64,000 nt of DNA. Origin: Candidatus Nomurabacteria bacterium GW2011_GWE1_32_28. Its GTDB lineage: Bacteria > Patescibacteriota > Minisyncoccia > Phycocordibacterales > UBA9973. This document shows, in pieces, positions 19,016-28,127 of this stretch (its first letter is position 1; the number at the start of each line of letters is the position of its first letter). A program made the translations under genes and the position numbers. The stretch is from positions 5,453-69,452 of the forward strand of contig LBOM01000002.1 of assembly GCA_000989515.1 (NCBI GenBank), given 5' to 3'. The notes under the pieces were generated by a model, which did no database searches, was not told where the DNA came from, and was given only the letters and a program-made list of their open reading frames with translations.

Positions 19016-19088
19016 TGCGCGGTACAGGATTCGAACCTATGGCCTACTCAACGTCAATGAGTCGCTCTACCAACTGAGCTAACCGCGC
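19016..19088 (-). tRNA. tRNA-Val(GAC)
   Basis: GCGCGGT...ACCGCGCA; anticodon loop TTGACGT. Confidence 0.95.
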
Positions 19089-19113
19089 TTTTAAACAGAA
19101 ACTTGTTTAATAA

Positions 19114-19860
19114 TTATATGACAAATTCTTCCAAAATTTCAAGTTCTTCTTTTGTATTTGCTCCAAGTGCTTCATGAGATTCTATTTGTATAGCTTCTAT
19201 TTTTTCTTTTTCTAAAGAAGCTATATGAAGGAGATCTGTTAGATAGTATTCATTTTGTATATTTTTGTTGTTTATTTTTTCTAGATTTTTCCAAAGCCAT
19301 TTTGCGTCAAAAGCATAACTTCCAGCATTTACTTCTTTTATTAGTTTTTCTTCTTCGCTAGCATCCCTATATTCACGGATTGCTGTAATTTCTCCATTTT
19401 TTCTTATGATTCTACCAAATGCGATAAATGATTTTCTCCAATTATCAAAATCGCATACCTCTGTTGTCGTGAAAGTTATTTTGGTTTTTACTTCTAGGTG
19501 TTTTTTTAATAAATTTTTAAGAGTTTCTGGTGATATTAGGGGTTGATCTCCTGATAATATAATTATATGTTCTGCGTCTTTACAATATTCTTTTGTACAA
19601 GACACAGCATGACCAGTACCTAGTTGCTCTTTTTGGATTGCATAAAAACAAGAATCTTTAAGTTCAGATTTTACGAGTTCAGCCTTATTTCCTATTACAG
19701 CTATAGGTTTTTTATTAAAAGCTTTTTTTACCGAATTTAATATATATTTTATTAGTGGTTTGCCATTTAGTTTTATTAGAACCTTTGGTAGATCGCTTTG
19801 CATTCTTTTTCCTTTTCCTCCAGCTAAAATTATTATCTTAATTTTGTCTAAATTTTCCAT
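19114..19860 (-). CDS. glmU: UDP-GlcNAc pyrophosphorylase, GlmU N-terminal domain only
   Basis: ILAGGKGKRMQSDLPKVL, QLGTGHAV, EVNAGSY, NIQNEYYLTD; ends before the left-handed beta-helix domain. Confidence 0.85.
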   Translation of the reverse strand: MENLDKIKIIILAGGKGKRMQSDLPKVLIKLNGKPLIKYILNSVKKAFNKKPIAVIGNKAELVKSELKDSCFYAIQKEQLGTGHAVSCTKEYCKDAEHIIILSGDQPLISPETLKNLLKKHLEVKTKITFTTTEVCDFDNWRKSFIAFGRIIRKNGEITAIREYRDASEEEKLIKEVNAGSYAFDAKWLWKNLEKINNKNIQNEYYLTDLLHIASLEKEKIEAIQIESHEALGANTKEELEILEEFVI

Positions 19861-20174
19861 AAAATATCAATATTGTATTAAATTCTTAATTTATAAATAT
19901 AAAAGCAAGCTTTTGTGTTGCTCGCTTTATCTTATTTAAAAGCTTATATATAACATTTATTATAATAGTATTTTGTTAGATTTTTTACAAGTATTGATCA
20001 TATTATTTTATTTTATTTAAAACAAAAAAATAATAACATACTAAAATTCTTTTGTCAAAAATAAAGTAAATATATTGCTTATGTTTATTGACTTTATTCT
20101 TTTATTATGTTAGTCTCTATTTAGATAAAAGTTATTTTAAATAATTATTTTTTCACTTAATTAATGGAGTAAGA

Positions 20175-20552
20175 ATGGATCAGATCCAAAATTTTACAGA
20201 TTTTAGAATTCAAGAGGGAATAGAGGTTTCCGTTACTTATAATAATTCTAATTATTCAGAAAAAAAGATTTCTTTTTTCTTAGAAAAGAGGGATTCTTTA
20301 ATGATAAGAAAGATTAAAGAATTTGGTGTACAAGTATCTTCCTTGGAAATGTTTTCCAACGGAAAAGTCGGTTTTTTAATCAATAATAATGGAATTATTG
20401 ATTTTTCTTATCAAATAATAATCAGTAATCTCTCTCTAGAGAGATTAAATTATATTATGGGACATATAAATTTCGATTTTCCTAAAGAATATTTTGAAGA
20501 GAAAAGAGAAATTAAAGCTCCGATTGAAGTCGGAGAAGAAATTGAAGTTTAA
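20175..20552 (+). CDS. Hypothetical protein (stand-alone cassette)
   Basis: 125-aa ORF with GGAG SD, upstream TTGACT promoter (~20089) and downstream hairpin. Confidence 0.6.
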   Translation: MDQIQNFTDFRIQEGIEVSVTYNNSNYSEKKISFFLEKRDSLMIRKIKEFGVQVSSLEMFSNGKVGFLINNNGIIDFSYQIIISNLSLERLNYIMGHINFDFPKEYFEEKREIKAPIEVGEEIEV

Positions 20553-20561
20553 ATAAATTTT

Positions 20562-20595
20562 AGCGCGATATATTTTTATAATATCGCGCTTTTTA
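20562..20595 (+). terminator. Intrinsic terminator
   Basis: AGCGCGATAT-loop-ATATCGCGCT followed by a T tract. Confidence 0.75.
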
Positions 20596-20606
20596 TTATG
20601 ATCTCT

Positions 20607-21407
20607 CTACAAATATCTTTTACTTAAAATAACTATTAAGAAAATACCAAGCATTAATAAGACAATTGTTCCACCTGTTGATAGGTTAAAATAAAAAGAG
20701 ACAAAAATACCAGCTATGACAGACAAAATAGAAAAACATTCTGCGTATATGATTGTTTTTAAGAATCCTTTTTTTAATTGAAGTGCTGTTACAACAGGTA
20801 TTACTATTAATGCTGTTATTAACAATATTCCTATTATTGGAATAGCTAAAGATACAGTGATAGCAACAAGCATTATAAAAATAGTATTAATAAAACGGAC
20901 AGGAAGCCCACTAACTTTTGCTGATTCTTCGTCGAAAGTTATATAAACAATTTCTTTATAAAAAATAATCAGAAGAATCAAAACAATTACTCCAAGTATG
21001 AGTATGGTATATATATCATTTTGAGTGACGGTTACAATACTTCCAAAAAGATAGTTGAGTAAATTTGAATTGAAACCCTTACCTAAACTTAAAAGTACTG
21101 TTGCGATGGCGAGTCCACCAGAGAGAAATAGAGCCAACGCAGATTCTCCATAAATATGTTTTGTATTTCTTAATCGTTCCATGCCAACTGAAGAAATTGT
21201 AGTTACGCCAAGTGTTGTTAAAATAGGATTCCACCCGAATAGAAAGGCCATAGCTACTCCTGCAAGCGAAATATGTGAAAGAGTATCAGCTATTAATGAA
21301 TAACGTCTTAATACAAGAAAAGTACCTATAAGTGGTGCAATAAAAGCTATTATTACTCCAGCTTCAAATCCTCTTAATATAAAGTTGTATTGAAAAATAT
21401 CTAACAT
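20607..21407 (-). CDS. znuB: Zn/Mn ABC transporter permease
   Basis: GTFLVLRRYSLIADTLSHISLAG, YLFGSI, TGGTIV. Confidence 0.92.
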   Translation of the reverse strand: MLDIFQYNFILRGFEAGVIIAFIAPLIGTFLVLRRYSLIADTLSHISLAGVAMAFLFGWNPILTTLGVTTISSVGMERLRNTKHIYGESALALFLSGGLAIATVLLSLGKGFNSNLLNYLFGSIVTVTQNDIYTILILGVIVLILLIIFYKEIVYITFDEESAKVSGLPVRFINTIFIMLVAITVSLAIPIIGILLITALIVIPVVTALQLKKGFLKTIIYAECFSILSVIAGIFVSFYFNLSTGGTIVLLMLGIFLIVILSKRYL

Positions 21408-21410
21408 ATA

Positions 21411-22148
21411 TTATAAACGTCTACTAATTATTCCATGCGACTCTTTAAATAAATCATCAATAGATTCATGAAAAATTAAAGTATGATCTTTAATACAAGC
21501 TACATGCATCGCTTCGTGAGACATACTTTCTATGTCGTGTGTTACTATAACGATAGTAAGTTTTAGCTTTTCATTTAGATCATGGAGTAATTTATAGAAT
21601 TTTTCTTTAATATCTTTTTCAACTCCGACAGTAGGTTCATCTAGAAAAATAATTTCAGGGTTTCCAGTTAGAGCTCTGGCAATAAAAACACGTTGTTGTT
21701 GTCCACCTGAGAGATCTCCAATTGGACGATTGCGATAGGGGAGCATTTCAACCTGTTCTAACGCTTTATATACTTCTTGTTTATCTTTATCATTTATTCT
21801 TTTAAACAATCCAAGTTTTCCATATCTGCCCATCATTACAACTTCTTCAACTGTCACAGGAAAATTATTATCAAAATTAATTACTTTTTGAGGGACATAA
21901 CCAATCTTTGACCAATCTTTAAAAACAGATATATCTTGGCCAAATAATTTAATTGTCCCTCTCTTGAAAGAGAGAAGTCCTAAAATTGTCCTAAGTAATG
22001 TTGTTTTTCCAGAACCGTTACTTCCAACTATTCCTAAATAGTCACCTTTATGAATTGATAAATTAATATCATTAAGAATTGTTTCATCACCATAGGAGGA
22101 GGAGATGTTTTTGATTTCAATAATATTTTTTGTATGATCTATATGCAT
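21411..22148 (-). CDS. znuC: Zn/Mn ABC transporter ATPase
   Basis: GSNGSGKTT, IGYVPQ, LSGGQQQRVFIARAL, LDEPT. Confidence 0.92.
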   Translation of the reverse strand: MHIDHTKNIIEIKNISSSYGDETILNDINLSIHKGDYLGIVGSNGSGKTTLLRTILGLLSFKRGTIKLFGQDISVFKDWSKIGYVPQKVINFDNNFPVTVEEVVMMGRYGKLGLFKRINDKDKQEVYKALEQVEMLPYRNRPIGDLSGGQQQRVFIARALTGNPEIIFLDEPTVGVEKDIKEKFYKLLHDLNEKLKLTIVIVTHDIESMSHEAMHVACIKDHTLIFHESIDDLFKESHGIISRRL

Positions 22149-23077
22149 TCTAATGCTATTTTTAAGTTTACTAAATTATTTCTCATTTCACTAAAATAAT
22201 CTTTGCCCTCTGATATTTCATTATCTGTTAATCCTCCAATAGGATCTAAGACCAATGTTTTTGCTCCTATTTCTCTTGCTATTGCTTCAGAGAGCTTAGG
22301 GGAAACTAAATTTTCAAAGAAAATATATTTTACATTATTTTCTTTAGCAAATTTTGATATTTCTGTCATTTCTTTTTGTGAAGGTTCTTCTTCGTGTGAG
22401 AGGCCTGCTATGGAAATTTGATTTAAATTATATTCTTGTGCTAAATAAGCAAAAGCAGAATGAGAGACTATAATGTTTTTACTTCCACAAGTAGTCAGAC
22501 TTTGTTTAAATTCTTCATCCAAAATATTTAGTTTCTTTTTAAGAATTTCAGTATTAGATTTATAATAATAAGAATTTTTAGGATCTACAATTGAAAGTCC
22601 AGATTCTATTTTATCCGCCATCTGGATAGCCAACACGGGAGAAAGCCAGATGTGAGGGTCAATTCCATTATTATTGTTTTCTTCGTGTTCCTCTTCTCCT
22701 TTTTTTTCTATTGTTGCTAGACCTTCTCCAGCAATTACAATATAAGTATCTTTATCTTCAAGATTTGTTTTAATATTATCTCCCCAGCCTTCTAAACCTA
22801 TTCCATTTAAGATGAGTAGATCACTATCTTCTATCGTAGCCATATCACGAGCAGTTGGTTCATATCCATGAGGACCAGCTCCACTTGGAATTATATTTAA
22901 AACAGTAGCTCTGTCTCCTGCGATTTCAGATGTGAAAAAATATAAAGGATAAAAACTAGTGACAACTTTTATTTTATCATCTGAGACTACTTTTTCTTTT
23001 TTATTACTAAACAAAACAAAAAAACTTACTATTAATATAATCAATATTGATAAAGCTATAATATACTTTTTATTCAT
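22139..23077 (-). CDS. znuA: Zn ABC transporter substrate-binding protein
   Basis: PHGYEPT, DPHIWLSP, VSHSAFAYLA, HEEEPS; N-terminal anchor. Confidence 0.92.
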   Translation of the reverse strand: MNKKYIIALSILIILIVSFFVLFSNKKEKVVSDDKIKVVTSFYPLYFFTSEIAGDRATVLNIIPSGAGPHGYEPTARDMATIEDSDLLILNGIGLEGWGDNIKTNLEDKDTYIVIAGEGLATIEKKGEEEHEENNNNGIDPHIWLSPVLAIQMADKIESGLSIVDPKNSYYYKSNTEILKKKLNILDEEFKQSLTTCGSKNIIVSHSAFAYLAQEYNLNQISIAGLSHEEEPSQKEMTEISKFAKENNVKYIFFENLVSPKLSEAIAREIGAKTLVLDPIGGLTDNEISEGKDYFSEMRNNLVNLKIALECI

Positions 23078-23201
23078 AAAATCTTATTTAAACTTTTAAT
23101 AAAATAGACCTTTGTAATTGTTAGTCATTTACATTTAAGATTATATACTACTTAAATGGTAATTGCAAATACTTAACATTTAGTTTAATATATAAAATAT
23201 T

Positions 23202-23627
23202 ATGATAAAGGATTTTAGCTATCTTATTAAAGATAAAGGTTTTAAAGTAACTCAAATTCGTAAAGATATACTTGGTATTTTTTCAAATGATTGTAAACCG
23301 ATAAATGCAGAGTATATATATAAAGTACTTAAGAATAAAAAAACAAACCTAGTTACAATATATAGGACTCTTGTATCTTTTGAGAAAGAAGGGATATTGA
23401 AACGTGTCGATTTACATAAAGAATCTGTTTATTATGAACTTGTGGATGATCACCATCATCATCATATTATTTGTTTATATTGTAAAAAAGTTTATAATTT
23501 TAATGGGTGTAAAGAAGATTCAGATTTGCTTATATCTAAGGCGCTAAAACAAAATAAAGATTTTAATTCCATATCGCATCATTCATTTGATTTATTTGGA
23601 ATTTGTAAAAAATGTTCAAAAAAATGA
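23202..23627 (+). CDS. zur: Fur-family repressor, probably Zur
   Basis: VTIYRTL, HHHHHIICLYC, C-terminal CKKC; divergent from znuABC. Confidence 0.85.
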   Translation: MIKDFSYLIKDKGFKVTQIRKDILGIFSNDCKPINAEYIYKVLKNKKTNLVTIYRTLVSFEKEGILKRVDLHKESVYYELVDDHHHHHIICLYCKKVYNFNGCKEDSDLLISKALKQNKDFNSISHHSFDLFGICKKCSKK

Positions 23628-24073
23628 AATATAAAAATATATACAATATTATAGGTAGTATCATTATAGCCATAGGATTAATAACCTTTGCTGTTTATTC
23701 AACAAAGTGTATTGGATCAGAATGTAAGGTTGAAAATATTCCCGTAAAAGCAGAACAAGTAACTTCTAAGATGAATCCAGAAGTTATTAATAAACAAGTA
23801 GAGAATAATGAGATTGTTCTTCTTGATGTTAGAGAAGATTCTGAATGGAATGAAGGTCACATTAAGGGAGCACAGCACATTGCACTAGGTAATTTAAATA
23901 CTGAAACTATAAAAGATTTACCAAAAAACATACCAATTTATATATATTGTAGGTCAGGCAGAAGAGCAGGGGAGGCAGAAATTAAATTAAAAGAATTAAA
24001 TTTTAATAATGTAGAAAAACTTGGAGGAATAATAGAATGGCAAGAAAAAGGAGGAGCTCTTATCACTAAATAG
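23624..24073 (+). CDS. Membrane-anchored rhodanese-domain protein
   Basis: LDVRE..EWNEGHIKGA, YCRSGRRA; ATGA overlap with the zur stop. Confidence 0.88.
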   Translation: MKYKNIYNIIGSIIIAIGLITFAVYSTKCIGSECKVENIPVKAEQVTSKMNPEVINKQVENNEIVLLDVREDSEWNEGHIKGAQHIALGNLNTETIKDLPKNIPIYIYCRSGRRAGEAEIKLKELNFNNVEKLGGIIEWQEKGGALITK

Positions 24074-24090
24074 TTTTAATAAGATAATAC

Positions 24091-24119
24091 TTGACTAAAT
24101 ATCGTAGTGGGTATATACT
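24091..24119 (+). promoter_or_regulatory. Sigma70 promoter of the DUF5320 gene
   Basis: TTGACT-17 nt-TATACT. Confidence 0.7.
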
Positions 24120-24183
24120 CATTATAGATAGTAGATGTTAGGTCGAGCTATCTATTAAAAACTAATTAAATTATATAAATATT

Positions 24184-24408
24184 ATGCCTAATTTAGATGG
24201 TAGAGGACCAATGGGTCAAGGACCAAGAACTGGTCGAGGTATGGGGTGGGGTTGTTGTGGCGGATGTAGATGTGGTAGAGGTTTTGGATTTCGAAGATTT
24301 TTTTCTTCTAAAAATGATTTAGATACCTTAGAAGAACAAGAAAAAATGCTTGAGCAAGAATTAGAAGCAGTGCGTAAAGAAAAATCTGCTTTAGTAAATT
24401 TAAAGTAA
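24184..24408 (+). CDS. DUF5320-family protein
   Basis: MPNLDGRGPMGQGPRTGRGMG..C, Gly/Cys/Arg-rich, C-terminal coiled coil. Confidence 0.8.
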   Translation: MPNLDGRGPMGQGPRTGRGMGWGCCGGCRCGRGFGFRRFFSSKNDLDTLEEQEKMLEQELEAVRKEKSALVNLK

Positions 24409-24413
24409 ATAAT

Positions 24414-24449
24414 ACAAACTGACTTATTTGTACAGATAAGTCAGTTTGT
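24414..24449. terminator. Strong hairpin after the DUF5320 gene
   Basis: ACAAACTGACTTAT...ATAAGTCAGTTTGT inverted repeat; weak U tract. Confidence 0.55.
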
Positions 24450-24481
24450 GTCATTTAATTTTATTAATTATTTAATTATAT

Positions 24482-25015
24482 ATGGTAAAAATAATTCAAA
24501 ATGGAAATAAAACTCTTCGTAAAATAGCTAAAGAAGTATCTATTTCTGAAATAATAAAACCAAAAATACAAAAAATTTTGAAAGATATGAGTGAAGCTCT
24601 CGATGGCCAAAATGATGGTGTCGCTATCGCCGCTCCGCAGATAAATGTATCCTTGCGAATTTTTATAGTTTCTGGAAAAATATTTGATGAGAACTTCATT
24701 AATGATAAAAATATAGATAAAGATAACTTTTCCAATAAAAAAATATCACCAAATTTAATTTTTATTAATCCAATTTTAAAAAAAATATCTAGAGAAAAAA
24801 AATTATTAGAAGAAGGGTGTTTATCTGTTCGTCCAATTTTTGGGAAAGTACGTCGCTCTGTTAAAGCAGTTGTTGAAGCATATGATGAAAATGGTAAGAA
24901 ATTTACTAGAGGAGGAAGTGGTCTGCTTGCACATATTTTCCAGCATGAGATTGATCACTTAGAAGGAGTACTTTTTATAGATAAAGCTGAGGAAATGAGA
25001 GAGATTTTAGAATAA
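24482..25015 (+). CDS. def: Peptide deformylase
   Basis: GVAIAAPQ, EGCLS, QHEIDHLEG. Confidence 0.96.
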   Translation: MVKIIQNGNKTLRKIAKEVSISEIIKPKIQKILKDMSEALDGQNDGVAIAAPQINVSLRIFIVSGKIFDENFINDKNIDKDNFSNKKISPNLIFINPILKKISREKKLLEEGCLSVRPIFGKVRRSVKAVVEAYDENGKKFTRGGSGLLAHIFQHEIDHLEGVLFIDKAEEMREILE

Positions 25016-25033
25016 AAGATATATAATAAAATT

Positions 25034-25321
25034 ATGCCAAGAACACAAAACTGTTTATGTAAGAATATAAAGTTTGAGCCAAATATAGTTTATTTTAAAC
25101 CACAGGGTGTTTCTATGAGAGATCTAGAGATAGTAGAAGTTTCTATGGAAGAAGTTGAAGCTTATAGGTTGCGACATGTTGAAAAATTAGAACAAACACA
25201 AGCAGGAGAAAAAATGAATACTTCTACGAGTACTTATCAAAGAATTCTTTACTCTGTTTATGAAAAATTAGGAGACGCTTTAATAAATGGTAAGGCTATT
25301 AAAATTATTAAACATAAATAA
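25034..25321 (+). CDS. DUF134/UPF0251 HTH protein
   Basis: YFKPQG, EEVEAYRL, QTQAGEKMNTSTSTYQRIL, ALINGKAIKI. Confidence 0.85.
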   Translation: MPRTQNCLCKNIKFEPNIVYFKPQGVSMRDLEIVEVSMEEVEAYRLRHVEKLEQTQAGEKMNTSTSTYQRILYSVYEKLGDALINGKAIKIIKHK

Positions 25322-25324
25322 TAC

Positions 25325-26500
25325 ATGAGTAAAAAATTAACCATAGTTTCAAAATTGTTTGTTTTGTTTGGAGTGTTAGCTTTAGTCACATCTGTAATAT
25401 CTGTTTTTAATCCAAAAGTATCATATGCAGACGAGAAAGTAAAAGTAGATTTCTTTTATGGTGACGGTTGTCCTCATTGCGCAAGAGTTGAACCAATAAT
25501 TGATCTTCTTAAAAATAAGTTTCCAGAAGTTTTATTTAATGGTTATGAAATATATCATAATCAGGATAACGCCTTGTTGCTTTATTCATTGTATGATGAA
25601 TATAAAGTTATAGAAGAAAATCGTGGGGGAGTACCTATTGTTTTTATAGGTGACGAATATTTGATTGGAGATCAACCAATAATAAATAATTTAGAAAATA
25701 AAATTGTTACAAATTTGTCACTTTTATCAAGTAAAATTAAAACAGAAGTATCTATAATTTCACCTGTTTTACCACTAAACATAGAAGTAGATAGTACTGA
25801 TGAATTAAATATACCTACAAAGAAGTCATATTCGATTTGGGCTATCATAGGAGCTGCATTTGTTGATTCAATAAACCCTTGTGCTATTGCTGTCCTTTTA
25901 ATACTCTTGACGGCCTTAATGGTTGCCTCAGGTAATAAAAAGAGAGCTTTATATGGTGGATTAGCTTTTACTCTTTCTATTTATATTACATATTTTCTTT
26001 TTGGATTAGGATTGTTACAACTAATAGCAGTTACAAATATTGCTGGTATTATATCTAAAATTGTTGGAATAATAGCTTTAATTATTGGGTTAGCTAATAT
26101 TAAAGATTTTTTCTTTTATGGAGGAGGAGGTTTTGTAATGGAAATACCACGAAACTGGAGACCAATATTAAAAAAGATTTTAAATAGCGTTACTTCTCCT
26201 TTTGGTGCATTTCTTTCTGGATTCGTAGTTACTTTATTTGAGTTACCTTGTACTGGTGGACCATATTTCTTTGTAATAGGCTTATTGTCACAAGCAGAAA
26301 GTATTGTAAGTATTATTCCGATACTTTTATTTTACAATATAGTATTTATTCTCCCTTTATTGTTTATTGTATTCGCTGTTTATTTTGGAGTTTCATCAAT
26401 AGAAAAAGCTGAAGCATGGAAAGAAAAAAACTTAAGGAAACTTCATCTAGTAGCAGGTATAATAATGATTGCTTTAGGATCTTGGATATTTTTAATTTAA
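25325..26500 (+). CDS. Thioredoxin-like domain fused to a CcdA/DsbD-like membrane electron transporter
   Basis: GCPHC and GVPIVFIG; membrane part with DSINPCAI and FELPCTGGPY. Confidence 0.8.
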   Translation: MSKKLTIVSKLFVLFGVLALVTSVISVFNPKVSYADEKVKVDFFYGDGCPHCARVEPIIDLLKNKFPEVLFNGYEIYHNQDNALLLYSLYDEYKVIEENRGGVPIVFIGDEYLIGDQPIINNLENKIVTNLSLLSSKIKTEVSIISPVLPLNIEVDSTDELNIPTKKSYSIWAIIGAAFVDSINPCAIAVLLILLTALMVASGNKKRALYGGLAFTLSIYITYFLFGLGLLQLIAVTNIAGIISKIVGIIALIIGLANIKDFFFYGGGGFVMEIPRNWRPILKKILNSVTSPFGAFLSGFVVTLFELPCTGGPYFFVIGLLSQAESIVSIIPILLFYNIVFILPLLFIVFAVYFGVSSIEKAEAWKEKNLRKLHLVAGIIMIALGSWIFLI

Positions 26501-26511
26501 GAATATTAATA

Positions 26512-27792
26512 TTATATCCAGTTTTTATTTATTATTTTTTCTACTAGAACCCTTGGAGACCCATAATATAATTTATTAAATGTTTCTATTGCTTCTTTTG
26601 TGGCAATGGGGAATTTTGATGTTTCTGGTAAGATACCAATACCAGAAAATGCGTTACTTGTTTTGCCATCTATCATCAACTTTATATAAAAACTAAATTT
26701 GGGTAAATTAATGAAATCTTCAATTGCTATTGGCATAAATTCCTTAGATAATATTTCAGCATCTTCTGTTCCAATCTCAAAGGAAAGAATTGTACCAACA
26801 TTTCCTAAAACTGAATCTTTTATATTCTTTGGCAATTGAGCTAAGTATTGGTTGGTTATATGCACACCTAATCCATATTTTCGTGATTCACTTAACATGC
26901 TAATGAATGTGTCTGTTGTAAAATTTTGAAACTCATCTACATATAGATAAAATGGCTTGCGATCGCTTGATTCTTTGTTGGCTCTTTTTAATATTCCAGC
27001 TTGAAGCTTTGATAGTATTATTAACCCAAGCATATGAGCGTTTATGTCACCAATTTTACCTTTTGAAAGGTTAACTAGTAATATTTTCTTATTGTCCATT
27101 AAATTTTCAAAGTCAAAACTACTTCTATGTTGTCCTATTATATTACGCATTAAAGTATTATTCATAAATTGTCCAAATTTTGACATAAAATAGTTGAGCA
27201 TTTCGCTTTTATGAAAATCTGATGTTTTAGACATTTGTTTTGTCCAGAATTCTATTACGAGGGGGTCTGTAAGATATTTTCTCTTCTCCATTTCAAATTT
27301 GTGATCAATAAAAAGTTTTGGAATTTCTATAAGACTTCCACCATCTGGTCCTGCCATGATAGTGAGTGCAGCATTTCTAAGCCAATGTTCAAATTGGGGA
27401 CCAATAATACCTGTTTTTTGTGGATCAAACAGTTTATAAAATATTTGTATACATTCATTAACTAGAAAATCTTTTTCTATTTCGGAATGTGCTTCGAGTA
27501 TATTGAGTCCAAAAGGAAAATCAATATCACTTGGATCAAACAAGACGACATCTTTTAGTCTATCTTTTGGAATATTTTTAAGTAACCAATCTATAGATTC
27601 TCCATGTGGATCAATAAAACAAACTCCTTCTTGATTTTCAATGTCTTGTAAACACATATTCTGATATATGGTTGATTTACCTACTCCTGTTTTACCGACC
27701 ATATACATATGACGCAACCTATCTTTCTCAGCATATTTGATAATAGTTGTCTTTCCGTGATATTTGTTTATTCCGATAATTATATTATTCAT
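26512..27792 (-). CDS. Soluble VirD4/TraD (HerA-FtsK clan) coupling-protein-like ATPase
   Basis: Read on the MINUS strand (CAT at 27790-27792, TTA at 26512-26514; the ORF track strand label is wrong). Walker A GKTGVGKS, IDPHGE, Walker B LYVDEFQNF, SESRKYG..NQYLAQL; no TM. Confidence 0.85.
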   Translation of the reverse strand: MNNIIIGINKYHGKTTIIKYAEKDRLRHMYMVGKTGVGKSTIYQNMCLQDIENQEGVCFIDPHGESIDWLLKNIPKDRLKDVVLFDPSDIDFPFGLNILEAHSEIEKDFLVNECIQIFYKLFDPQKTGIIGPQFEHWLRNAALTIMAGPDGGSLIEIPKLFIDHKFEMEKRKYLTDPLVIEFWTKQMSKTSDFHKSEMLNYFMSKFGQFMNNTLMRNIIGQHRSSFDFENLMDNKKILLVNLSKGKIGDINAHMLGLIILSKLQAGILKRANKESSDRKPFYLYVDEFQNFTTDTFISMLSESRKYGLGVHITNQYLAQLPKNIKDSVLGNVGTILSFEIGTEDAEILSKEFMPIAIEDFINLPKFSFYIKLMIDGKTSNAFSGIGILPETSKFPIATKEAIETFNKLYYGSPRVLVEKIINKNWI

Positions 27793-27796
27793 GAAT

Positions 27797-28117
27797 TTAT
27801 ATGTTATTGATACTTAAAGGCTTTTTGTTAAAGTAATTAATGTCTATTACGTTTTTAGTTTCATTTTCAATTCTTTTTTTATTACATATTTCTTTGTTTG
27901 TGATTTCAAGAAGAATTTTATTTTCTTTACTTATTTTATAAATAATAATATTTTTTGTTTCTTTATCTAGATAACTATCTATAGATAGAAGCATCTCATT
28001 TTCTAGTAAAAATATATTATTTACATATTCAAATGAAAGAAAATTATCCATATTGCTTTGTTCTTCTTCATTTCTAAAAGAAGTTTCTATATTTTTTAAT
28101 TTTTCGTCATTGTACAT
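27797..28117 (-). CDS. Hypothetical protein, 106 aa
   Basis: Tightly packed (10- and 4-nt gaps) between the two ATPase genes. Confidence 0.65.
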   Translation of the reverse strand: MYNDEKLKNIETSFRNEEEQSNMDNFLSFEYVNNIFLLENEMLLSIDSYLDKETKNIIIYKISKENKILLEITNKEICNKKRIENETKNVIDINYFNKKPLSINNI

Positions 28118-28127
28118 AAGATTTTTA

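Noticed and set aside
23078-23201. Zur box between znuA and zur
   Set aside because: Expected from context, but no convincing palindrome stands out from the AT-rich background
26512-27792. ORF track lists the 426-aa ATPase on the + strand
   Set aside because: The given protein reads from the reverse complement (CAT at 27790-27792, TTA at 26512-26514); annotated as minus strand
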